This document shows positions 30,256 to 38,799 of a stretch of 64,000 nucleotides of DNA, in pieces. The stretch lies in the IMG/VR virus record IMGVR_UViG_3300017598_000441, positions 1-64,000 of that record. The stretch is one strand, 5' to 3'. The stretch is from a virus. Each line of letters starts with the position of its first letter. Position 1 is the stretch's first letter. Under the pieces are notes generated by a model, which saw nothing but the letters and a program-made list of their open reading frames with translations, was not told the DNA's origin and searched no databases. The translations under genes were made by a program, and so were the position numbers.

Positions 30256-30908
30256 TACTAACAAAGGTAAGAGACTATCTAGACAAAGGATTGATAATTT
30301 CTGCACTAATACAATTCAGATGTATATATCCAAACATCGTAGAGGGATTAGAAATAATCACAAAATACAGAAGTTTGGAATCTACTTATCTTTTAGGGAA
30401 TATCTCAGAGCAAGAATATACAACAGGCAGAAACAAATTAGTTTCTGCTTTTTTAAATTTAATTAACACACTAGAGGAAAACCCTCCAGAAAAACCTATT
30501 ATTATGAAATTCGAGATTGAAAAACAAGTAGTAAATGGACAGGTAAATATTGCAGATACTATCAATATAGGTACGAAATTTGCAGAGACTTTCACATCAA
30601 AAAAAGAGTACAGCCCAGAAGATACAGATTTACTAAAAGTGGTTGGGGAAGTAGGGGATGAGGAGGATAAAAAAGACGTACCTACGGCTGTAGATGAATT
30701 TAATGAGGATGAGGAAAAGAAAGAAAGTGCGAAAGAAAGAATTACCAACTTCATAAAAACATACGGCACACCTATTTTTAAAATATTGGGAAAAGTGGCA
30801 TTAGGGTTACTGTTAGCTAAATATGGACTTAGTGCAAAAGATTTGTCCTTAGACAGCACTCAGAAAAAACCAGAAATAGAAGATTCAGAAATAGACGAAA
30901 AAAACTAA
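30252..30908 (+). CDS. protein with N-terminal EAD11 (effector-associated domain 11) and C-terminal amphipathic helix
   Basis: VRDYLDKG..ISAL...KYRSLESTYLLGNISEQEYTTGRNKLVSAFLNLINTL matches the EAD11 pattern as I recall it. Confidence 0.7.
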   Translation: MILTKVRDYLDKGLIISALIQFRCIYPNIVEGLEIITKYRSLESTYLLGNISEQEYTTGRNKLVSAFLNLINTLEENPPEKPIIMKFEIEKQVVNGQVNIADTINIGTKFAETFTSKKEYSPEDTDLLKVVGEVGDEEDKKDVPTAVDEFNEDEEKKESAKERITNFIKTYGTPIFKILGKVALGLLLAKYGLSAKDLSLDSTQKKPEIEDSEIDEKN

Positions 30909-30911
30909 ACC

Positions 30912-31826
30912 GTGGCAGTATCACATACTATTTTCACCGCTATTTTCATAGCCATTTTTACGATTCTTATAATAATGTACCTACTAGCTAGTAAAGCAAT
31001 AAGTAGGATAATGAAAATAGTGGCTGAAATAAAAACAGATGAAAGGAATAACCATAAGATACTGAGAGACTTGTCGGTACAAGTAACCCAATTAGGTAAC
31101 TCTTTTATAGAACTGGAGTCTAATGTGGATGTAAAATCTGGCTCGGATTTAGAATACCATACAGATATGGAATTAGTAAAACTTACCGTGCTAACTCCGT
31201 TCAATGATTTAAAATTATACCTAAACCGAAAACGTACCATATTAGTAGAGGAGGCTAAGAGGATGGCAAATATTGGAATTAAAAATTCTGATTTTACAAA
31301 TATTGAGGATAAGTGGGAGAGTATGAGATACGAGCTCAAAGATTTTTCAGATGGGTTATCGGAGGATTTCAAAAACTATAATGCAACTAAACCATCAAAC
31401 GAGCATTGGAAACTAGATGACTTTCTAAATGACTTATCCCACGCACTTAAATACGGAAATGGGAGCAGAGATATAATTTTCTTAAACCAGATGAAGGTTT
31501 ATATAAAAACTCAGTTAGAATACACGTTTAAAGATTATACTAGGTTCAAGGTGGAATCTTTAGGGGTGGATTCTTTAGATGTAAGTAAAACCTACCTAAT
31601 AAAATTACTGGAGGAGGATAATATAGAGATGGTATTATTCCAACTTCGTAACCAAACCCAAAGTAATACAGAGTTAAGCAGCAGGCTATCTCTTATACAG
31701 GCTCAGTACAACAGGCAGATAAAAGACAAGAACTCTGGCACATTCTCGGAGGAGGCTTTAAGAATATCCTGTAACAAAGTTAGGGCTGCAGTATTAGATT
31801 TTATAAAGGTAGTAGATATACATTAA
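30912..31826 (+). CDS. membrane-anchored protein with C-terminal EAD11 domain
   Basis: N-terminal TM helix, coiled coil, then LSLIQAQYNRQIKDKNSGTFSEEALRISCNKVRAAVLDFI. Confidence 0.7.
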   Translation: MAVSHTIFTAIFIAIFTILIIMYLLASKAISRIMKIVAEIKTDERNNHKILRDLSVQVTQLGNSFIELESNVDVKSGSDLEYHTDMELVKLTVLTPFNDLKLYLNRKRTILVEEAKRMANIGIKNSDFTNIEDKWESMRYELKDFSDGLSEDFKNYNATKPSNEHWKLDDFLNDLSHALKYGNGSRDIIFLNQMKVYIKTQLEYTFKDYTRFKVESLGVDSLDVSKTYLIKLLEEDNIEMVLFQLRNQTQSNTELSSRLSLIQAQYNRQIKDKNSGTFSEEALRISCNKVRAAVLDFIKVVDIH

Positions 31827-31859
31827 TTTTGGTTTATATCAAAAAATATTGTATCTTTG
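31827..31859 (+). promoter_or_regulatory. promoter of the replication module
   Basis: TTTTGG 31827 and TATCTTTG 31852-31859. Confidence 0.7.
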
Positions 31860-31881
31860 TAGAATAATTAAAACACACACA

Positions 31882-33327
31882 ATGACATTAGAGTTTGAAG
31901 AGAATATTCTTAGATACCTTGCCAATCCTAGTAATAAGAATAAAAAATTTATTGCTATTATTGAAGAAGATATATTTGAAGTACTTGAACATAAAATCGT
32001 GTTCAAATTATTGACTGGATATATAGAAGATTATAGATGTGTACCCACACAGATAGATTTTGTGGAATATACCAGTAGGCAAATGGAGATGGGAGATGTT
32101 GAAAGAGACATCTCAAAAGCCATACTAAGATTTGTAAAAAGAGGTCTATACAAACCTGTAGAAACTTCTGGAAAGTTCCTAAAAGAAACCATTGTAGAAT
32201 TTGCTCAATTCAAACTTATGAGCAATATGTTTGTAGAGTACGCCCCTAGACTTATAGAGGGCGTAACTCTGTTTCGTCAAGCAAAAAATAGAATGTTAGA
32301 TATTCTGGCTTTGTCAGATGATGACTCCGACAATTTCATACAGAGAGGGGGAGATATTCTAGTGAATGGTGGACTGGATACAGGAAAACTTAGCAAGGTT
32401 CTATACACACCTTACCAAGGTCTGAATATGACTATGGGAAGCCACGGTATAACGTCCCCAGAACTTGTGGTACTTATGGCAGGCTCAAAAGCCTTCAAAA
32501 CAGGAGTTATGATTAACATAGCTATAGGTATGGCTAAAAGAGGTAGCAAAGTTTACTATGCAGATGGAGAAAATGGCTACAAATCCATATCTCAAAGGGT
32601 TAAACAGAATGTTTGTGAATGTACCAAGTGGGAAGTAGTAGGGAATGCTTTTGAAGAGGAGATAGATGCCTATGGGGATGTAATAGAACAAGAATCTGTA
32701 TCAGATATGTTTGAAGCAGCATCCACTCAGATAAAAATGGTTGGAGGGGCATTTGTGATAGATAGTTATGCACCCTCTACAGCAACCGTGGCAGATGTGG
32801 AAGATTCTTTAGAGCAATACAAAGAAGAGACAGGGTTTGAGCCAGATATAATATTTTGGGATGACAGTTCACACTTTATTCCTAGGAAACCACAAGGGGC
32901 AGACCACCTAGATAGCCAAAGGGTTATAAAAGATATAATCGGACTGAATATGAAATTAGGGTGTGCATCCTTTACTCCTGCACAGGTAACTAGAGATGCA
33001 GTAGATAAACCTCTAATCTCAATAAAAGATATAGGCAGAGATTATGGAATAGTGAAGTACGCCCATGTAATATTATCTATAATAAGAAGCGTTCAAGAAA
33101 GAGAAGCTAACCTAGCCCAGTTATATTCTGTAGTGCAGAGGGAGGGAAAAAGCCAAGTAGGTGCCTGTATGTTAAAATTCAATGAAGAAAGAATGCAAGC
33201 AGATGAGGTAAGTTGGGAAGAAGCTGCAGAAATCACAGAGAATATGAGTGATTACACCCCAGATAATGTAAGAGGTAAAAAATCTGAGTATAAAGAGCAG
33301 ATAGGAAAAATAAAAAGAAACAAATAA
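31882..33327 (+). CDS. replicative DNA helicase (DnaB/T4 gp41-like, SF4)
   Basis: Walker A AGSKAFKT, DGE, IIFWDD and PAQVTR; ATG 31882 follows the ACACAC motif. Confidence 0.85.
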   Translation: MTLEFEENILRYLANPSNKNKKFIAIIEEDIFEVLEHKIVFKLLTGYIEDYRCVPTQIDFVEYTSRQMEMGDVERDISKAILRFVKRGLYKPVETSGKFLKETIVEFAQFKLMSNMFVEYAPRLIEGVTLFRQAKNRMLDILALSDDDSDNFIQRGGDILVNGGLDTGKLSKVLYTPYQGLNMTMGSHGITSPELVVLMAGSKAFKTGVMINIAIGMAKRGSKVYYADGENGYKSISQRVKQNVCECTKWEVVGNAFEEEIDAYGDVIEQESVSDMFEAASTQIKMVGGAFVIDSYAPSTATVADVEDSLEQYKEETGFEPDIIFWDDSSHFIPRKPQGADHLDSQRVIKDIIGLNMKLGCASFTPAQVTRDAVDKPLISIKDIGRDYGIVKYAHVILSIIRSVQEREANLAQLYSVVQREGKSQVGACMLKFNEERMQADEVSWEEAAEITENMSDYTPDNVRGKKSEYKEQIGKIKRNK

Positions 33328-33359
33328 TTTGTAAAGAAACTAATTATTCACTACATTTG
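33328..33359 (+). promoter_or_regulatory. Bacteroidota-type promoter of candidate sRNA
   Basis: TTTG 33328-33331, 20-nt spacer, TACATTTG 33352-33359. Confidence 0.7.
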
Positions 33360-33360
33360 T

Positions 33361-33450
33361 AACCTAGACAGACGTTGATTCGCCTGTTGTGATAACGTCA
33401 ATAGGTTCAGTTGTGTGTTCCCTGTTGGCGTTTTTCGGCTCTAAACAGTA
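33361..33450 (+). ncRNA. candidate small RNA or structured leader (two hairpins with a UG-rich linker)
   Basis: GC-rich intergenic island after a promoter; stems AACCTA/TAGGTT, GACGTT/AACGTC, TCGC/GTGA and CTGTT/AACAG. Confidence 0.55.
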
Positions 33451-33486
33451 AATAATCAATAAGTATAACTTTTTAAACTTTTAAAG

Positions 33487-33735
33487 ATGAGAGACTTAGT
33501 AATAGCAGTACTTATACTTTTAATAGCCCTTACAGGTTGTATAAGTAACGAAAAAAGATTAGAAGATGTTAAGAATAAAAACCCCGAACTAAGAATACAC
33601 CACGACCCCAAAAGACCCTATTTGTATGTTACCAATGACAGTATAAATGAAAGATTCATAATATACGAATCTTACAGGGATATGTTCTTGGAAACTAATG
33701 CAATATATTTTCCCTACGACAGCATAAATAAGTAA
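33487..33735 (+). CDS. small lipoprotein
   Basis: Hydrophobic signal and lipobox LTGC. Confidence 0.7.
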   Translation: MRDLVIAVLILLIALTGCISNEKRLEDVKNKNPELRIHHDPKRPYLYVTNDSINERFIIYESYRDMFLETNAIYFPYDSINK

Positions 33736-33741
33736 TAAAAA

Positions 33742-33774
33742 TTTTGGTGCTAATAAAAATTTTTATTACTTTTA
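33742..33774 (+). promoter_or_regulatory. promoter (TAnnTTTA variant)
   Basis: TTTTGG 33742 and TACTTTTA 33767-33774. Confidence 0.6.
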
Positions 33775-33801
33775 CACCTAATAAAAACACACACTTTAAA
33801 A

Positions 33802-34800
33802 ATGCTAAGTTCCAGAAAACTATACACATACTTTGACAGCAAGTTCAATATAAAGAAGTCCAGTAATGGATGGTACAGTATGGAATGTCCGTACTGTAAC
33901 GGGGGTAGAAAATCGGAAATCTCTGGAGCAGTACATTTTGAAATGGAAATTTTTAAGTGTTGGAGAGCTAAATGTGAGAAGAAAGCATCGGTCACAGATT
34001 TCATAATTTTTTTCGAGAGAGTCAATTACAGAGGTGTAGTAGATTTAGTAGAGAATTATAAAGAAACATCTGTAGTATTTGAGAAAAACAAAACTTCAAA
34101 GGTGGATTTGGAGACTTTAAGAAAAGAAGTAAACCTACCTTACGGATTTACTTCTATCATGGAGGATACAGATATGGCTATAAGGGCATATAATTACCTG
34201 TTTGACCGAGGTTTTACCGATACTGAGGCACTAGATAACTGTGGGTGGGGTTTCGGCTCCAAAAAGCATAAAAACTTCAAGGAAGATTACTATGGATATA
34301 TTATAGTGCCTTTCATAAATAAAGGTAAATTTACTTATTTTCTAGGCAGGGATTTTTTAAACAGGGATAAGAAGTATAAGTATAAAAATCCATCAAAAAA
34401 TGATTTTGGGGTAGGTAGGTCTGAAATTCTGTTTAATGAAGATGCACTTATGAAGTATGATAAAGTGTATTTATCTGAGGGAGTTTTTTGTGCTAAAACT
34501 ATAGGTGAGCAAGGAATAGCTACTTTAGGTTGGAGTATGTCTCCTATACAGAAAAACAAGATAATAAAATCCCACTCTAAGGAATTGATAGTAGCTGCAG
34601 ATGTAGGGTTCTACAAAAAAGCTGTACAGGCTATGATTCCATTTTTACCATTCAAAAATATAAAGGTAGTTAATTTCGAGAATGAGAGTTTAGCTGCAGT
34701 AGGGGGAGATATAAATGATGTAGGAAAAAAATTATTCCTACAAGAAGAAGAACGTACTGAGTATTTAACTATGGCAAGTGCCATGAAAATAATGATATGA
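33802..34800 (+). CDS. DNA primase (Zn finger + TOPRIM)
   Basis: CPYC...CWRAKC, KYKNP, LFNED, EGVFCA and ADVG. Confidence 0.85.
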   Translation: MLSSRKLYTYFDSKFNIKKSSNGWYSMECPYCNGGRKSEISGAVHFEMEIFKCWRAKCEKKASVTDFIIFFERVNYRGVVDLVENYKETSVVFEKNKTSKVDLETLRKEVNLPYGFTSIMEDTDMAIRAYNYLFDRGFTDTEALDNCGWGFGSKKHKNFKEDYYGYIIVPFINKGKFTYFLGRDFLNRDKKYKYKNPSKNDFGVGRSEILFNEDALMKYDKVYLSEGVFCAKTIGEQGIATLGWSMSPIQKNKIIKSHSKELIVAADVGFYKKAVQAMIPFLPFKNIKVVNFENESLAAVGGDINDVGKKLFLQEEERTEYLTMASAMKIMI

Positions 34801-35375
34801 TTAAAGCAATATTAAACAAGTTCGTAAATCCAGATTTATCTGTAGAATTTACTCGAAAACATAAGAACGCAAAAACACCCTCAAAAGCATACGAAGGTGA
34901 TGCAGGCTTAGATATGTGGGCTACTACAGTGGATTTCACAAACCCTATGTACATTGAATATGGTACAGGGATTCACATGGCAATACCGAAAGGGTATGTA
35001 GGATTATTATTTGCTAGAAGTTCCGTGCGTAAGTTTGCACTAGCTATGGCAAATTGTGTAGGAATATTAGATGCAGGCTACAGAGGGGAGATAAAGTTTT
35101 CATACAGAACTTATGAAAACTCTTTCGGCAATACTGATATGATAAAGAAGTTGGAGAAATTGGGGGTAGTGGATAGTGTAACTGCTTTACAGGATTCAAA
35201 GGATAAATCTAAACAATTCTACATCAAACCCGAAAACAAAAAGGTGTATATGGTAGGAGATAAAATTGGGCAATTAGTAATCTTAAAACTGCCTACCATA
35301 AAACTAAAAGAAAAGAAAGAACTAACCCCTAGCGAACGAGGCACAGGAGGCCACGGTAGTAGTGGAATAAGATAA
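34797..35375 (+). CDS. dut: trimeric dUTPase
   Basis: DAGLD, RSS, GILDAGYRGEI, KIGQL and RGTGGHGSSG motifs. Confidence 0.95.
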   Translation: MIKAILNKFVNPDLSVEFTRKHKNAKTPSKAYEGDAGLDMWATTVDFTNPMYIEYGTGIHMAIPKGYVGLLFARSSVRKFALAMANCVGILDAGYRGEIKFSYRTYENSFGNTDMIKKLEKLGVVDSVTALQDSKDKSKQFYIKPENKKVYMVGDKIGQLVILKLPTIKLKEKKELTPSERGTGGHGSSGIR

Positions 35376-35379
35376 AACT

Positions 35380-35580
35380 ATGGCATACGGAATCGTACAA
35401 AACCCCCAAGCGGTAAGAATAATAGGAGATGATGAAACTAAAGCAATAGTGATAGTTGAGACAGGTTGGGATGACCTGTACCATGTCATAACCGAAGACG
35501 GAGAAATGCAAGAATCTAAACTGGAGAACTTAACATCCAGTGAAATCTTGTCCAAATATGGAGTATCAATTTTTAACTAA
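35380..35580 (+). CDS. hypothetical protein
   Basis: 66-aa ORF in operon. Confidence 0.6.
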   Translation: MAYGIVQNPQAVRIIGDDETKAIVIVETGWDDLYHVITEDGEMQESKLENLTSSEILSKYGVSIFN

Positions 35581-35592
35581 AAATAAAACAAA

Positions 35593-35790
35593 ATGCTAAC
35601 ACAGTATTCAAAATGCGGAGGATGCAAAGCCTTGGCAATCGGAAAAAAATCCTACATCTGCAAATTAGGTGTAGGTATAGACTTTGAAAAAGGGTTCGGA
35701 GTAGCCTTAGCACCTAAGCCACAAGCTAAGTGCCACAAACCTAGAACAGACGAGAGTTTGAAAAAACTTGTAGATAAGAACAAGAAGTGA
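35593..35790 (+). CDS. small Cys-rich hypothetical protein
   Basis: CGGC...C...C; in operon. Confidence 0.6.
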   Translation: MLTQYSKCGGCKALAIGKKSYICKLGVGIDFEKGFGVALAPKPQAKCHKPRTDESLKKLVDKNKK

Positions 35791-36644
35791 GAGACCCTTC
35801 CGTACATATCAAGGAAAGTACCCTACGTGAGATAATGCCAAAAATCCTAGCTTGTGATAATGTGGAAGATGCGGTAAATAAGTTATTTAAACTATCTAAA
35901 GGAAAAATTCCAGTAAATAGAGTAAATATAAAGACCACCACAAAAACAAGAAAAAAAGTAAAGAAGGTTGCAGCATTGCTCGAAGAAGATTTAGGGGTAG
36001 AGCTATTCCAGAGGTTGTTAATAGAATACAGGACAATAACCAACCATAGAGGGATTAGGGCTATAAAGAAAGGAGATGTGAATTACACCAACTTAGTGGA
36101 GGTCACTAAGTTGGCTACTTCCTTTATTGAAGATTTTAAACTACCTAAAGAAACTGGGTACATAGAGTTTATAAAGAGGGGAATAGCTTTGATGGGTAGG
36201 AAGTATGGCATAAATAGATTCAAGTATCATTACGAAAAAATCTGTATGCAATATGAAAATACTCTACTACTAAAACAAGACGACAACCCAAAAGGAACTA
36301 AGGAGGTATATAATATCTGGAAAGTCCTTATGTTGGAGTATGCAGGAGGAGAGTATCTACTAAGTTCGGACGATGAACTGGTTAATATGGTACTGGCAAG
36401 ACAAGAGGCAGACGAACTGGGAGCAGATTATAAAGACTGGATGACAGCCCAATTTGAGGGATTAGCATGGCTTAAAACTGTACCAGAATTGGTAGGTTTT
36501 TTTGGGATAAATGCAAAATCCAGATACAGGAAATACTCCACTAATTTTGTAGATAAAGAAGCTGAGGTAGTGGTAGTAAATAAGAATATGTCAGAAGCAC
36601 AATTAAGATACCAAAAACTTAGAAACAAGAGAGCAAATGGCTAA
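35787..36644 (+). CDS. hypothetical protein
   Basis: 285-aa ORF with GTG start overlapping the upstream stop. Confidence 0.7.
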   Translation: MRDPSVHIKESTLREIMPKILACDNVEDAVNKLFKLSKGKIPVNRVNIKTTTKTRKKVKKVAALLEEDLGVELFQRLLIEYRTITNHRGIRAIKKGDVNYTNLVEVTKLATSFIEDFKLPKETGYIEFIKRGIALMGRKYGINRFKYHYEKICMQYENTLLLKQDDNPKGTKEVYNIWKVLMLEYAGGEYLLSSDDELVNMVLARQEADELGADYKDWMTAQFEGLAWLKTVPELVGFFGINAKSRYRKYSTNFVDKEAEVVVVNKNMSEAQLRYQKLRNKRANG

Positions 36645-37209
36645 AATATCAAAAAGAGGTAAATTACAAATCAAGAAAGATGAAAGTACCTATTTAGAGG
36701 TATGGAACACCAGAGTACATACTTGCGAGGAATGTGGGGCAGATTTGGGGGATGAGTTTAAAGACGAGTTCGGTAGAATACAGAAACACATATACTCACA
36801 TATATTAACAAAAGGAGCCTTTCCAGAGTTTAGGAATAACCCAGAGAACTTTAATCTATTATGCCTAAGACACCATCAAGAGTGGGAGTTCGGGAATAGG
36901 GATAAAATGCACATAAATAAGCAGAATCAAAAAACAGTAGATTTGCTTAAATCTGGGGTACTAAACACAGACATCTCCAGAAAACTTTTTAAGATGAAGT
37001 CTAAGTTCCGTAACATATATTCCTTTGATAGGGGGATAAATATGTTATCTACAATACTAGATGTTTTAGACATAACAGAGATAGATACAGTAACTAGGTT
37101 GGCTAATATGGTAATAGAAAATAAATTTCTACCTAAAAATATTGAGACCTTAAACCAGAATTTAGATATATTAGTAGAGAAGTATTCCGATAGGAACTTG
37201 TACGATTAA
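36637..37209 (+). CDS. HNH/NinG-like endonuclease
   Basis: CEECG...SHIL..GAFPEFR...NFNLLCLRHH. Confidence 0.7.
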   Translation: MAKISKRGKLQIKKDESTYLEVWNTRVHTCEECGADLGDEFKDEFGRIQKHIYSHILTKGAFPEFRNNPENFNLLCLRHHQEWEFGNRDKMHINKQNQKTVDLLKSGVLNTDISRKLFKMKSKFRNIYSFDRGINMLSTILDVLDITEIDTVTRLANMVIENKFLPKNIETLNQNLDILVEKYSDRNLYD

Positions 37210-37222
37210 AACACACACAGAA

Positions 37223-38737
37223 ATGGAAATAATACTAGGTAACGTAAGATGTAAATGCGTAATAACCTCCGAAGATAGAAAACTAGGTTTTGATGCAATA
37301 AAAAAACTTAGGGAGATTCTTAGAGAGAGGCCCGATGGATACCACCGTTCGGAGAGATTCCAAAAAGGTCAGTGGGATGGGTATTCTTATTTCCTTACCC
37401 CAAAAACGAGAGTGTTTCCAACAGGTATGCTACCTTGGGTGTTGCAATATTGCAAGGCACTTGGGATAAAAACAGAGATAACTGATAAACGAAATAACTT
37501 ACCAGAATTTACCGATTCCTTAGTAGATTCTTTTGGTGATATAACCTTATGGGACTACCAAAAAGACTTGGTAGAAATAGTTAGGAACAACCGACTAAAG
37601 ATTTCTGAGGATGAGTCAATAAGTTTCAACAGAGGTATATTCGATGTAGCTACCAATGCAGGAAAAACAGTAATAATGCTAGGGGTATATTTTAACCTAA
37701 AAACCCCTAAATTACTATTCTTAACCAGAAGATTTGCATTATTTGTTCAGACAGTAGAGTTTTTCGAGAAATATGTAGAGGATGTAGGGGTGATTCACTC
37801 AGCTACTGCCAAACACCCAGACAAACGTTGGAGAAAAGCAAACTACAAAATAGGTTCTGTTACTATTGCTATGACACCCACCCTAACCAGAAGGTTAAAT
37901 AAAATAAATGTACAAAAAGATTTGAAGGCCTTTAATATGCTAGTTGCGGATGAGTGCCATTATTCCACAGCAGACACGGAAAAAGCCATAATTAATAAAA
38001 CAGATGCAGGGCTGAGAATGTTTGTATCTGGAACTCCTTTTGCCAAAGTGGGAGATAAGGTAAAAAAGCTAAATCTTATTGCTATGGCAGGGCCTGTAAT
38101 AGGTAAAATCAGCAACAAGGATTTGGTAGAAAAGGGAGTAAGTAGGCAAATAAAAGTGCATATACATTTGAACCACGTAATCCAGAAAGGAGGTTTTCCT
38201 GCGATAGATTACGCAAGCCAGATGGAAAATTTTATACACACGTCAAAAGAAAGATGCAGAATTATCCATAAAGAGGTAACAGAAAACCCAAACAATATAC
38301 ATTTAATAACATACATAAACGAGGAGCATGGAAAGTTTATGTATGATTATCTTACTAGCCAAGAGGGTTATCATATACCCACGGTAGTTACAGGGGGTTG
38401 GGATACCAAAGGCAGACACAATAAGCAGAAAATGTTTATGAATAAACAGATAAATGTATTCATTGTATCTGAAATAATTAGAGAGGGGTTGAATATGCCA
38501 TTCTTAGACACTCTTATATATTCTGGAGGAGGAAGTAGCAGCATAGGGTTGAAACAATGGTTTGGAAGAGGGATAAGAATAGGCTCTTTACAGCAGAATT
38601 TTAAGGTATTAGATTTTATGGATATAGGACATAAAATAATGCCACACTCCAAAAAAAGGGTAAAGATATACGAGGAAGAGGGTTACATCATAGAGAAATA
38701 CTATGATGAGAAGGAGATTAAAAAATTATCAAATTAA
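37223..38737 (+). CDS. SF2 DExH helicase (UvsW-like)
   Basis: ATNAGKT, DECH, SGTP, EGLN and QWFGRGIR. Confidence 0.9.
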   Translation: MEIILGNVRCKCVITSEDRKLGFDAIKKLREILRERPDGYHRSERFQKGQWDGYSYFLTPKTRVFPTGMLPWVLQYCKALGIKTEITDKRNNLPEFTDSLVDSFGDITLWDYQKDLVEIVRNNRLKISEDESISFNRGIFDVATNAGKTVIMLGVYFNLKTPKLLFLTRRFALFVQTVEFFEKYVEDVGVIHSATAKHPDKRWRKANYKIGSVTIAMTPTLTRRLNKINVQKDLKAFNMLVADECHYSTADTEKAIINKTDAGLRMFVSGTPFAKVGDKVKKLNLIAMAGPVIGKISNKDLVEKGVSRQIKVHIHLNHVIQKGGFPAIDYASQMENFIHTSKERCRIIHKEVTENPNNIHLITYINEEHGKFMYDYLTSQEGYHIPTVVTGGWDTKGRHNKQKMFMNKQINVFIVSEIIREGLNMPFLDTLIYSGGGSSSIGLKQWFGRGIRIGSLQQNFKVLDFMDIGHKIMPHSKKRVKIYEEEGYIIEKYYDEKEIKKLSN

Positions 38738-38770
38738 TTTTGGTATATCTCAAAACTTTTCTTACCTTTA
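38738..38770 (+). promoter_or_regulatory. promoter (TAnnTTTA variant)
   Basis: TTTTGGTATATCTCAAAA and TACCTTTA 38763-38770. Confidence 0.7.
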
Positions 38771-38799
38771 CAGCAGTAAAAAATCTAAAAACACACACA

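Noticed and set aside
33361-33450. tRNA, self-cleaving ribozyme or CRISPR-repeat mimic
   Set aside because: No cloverleaf or T-loop, no hammerhead, twister, pistol or HDV core that I could match, and GTTGTG lacks a closing complementary end. An Rfam search is still needed.
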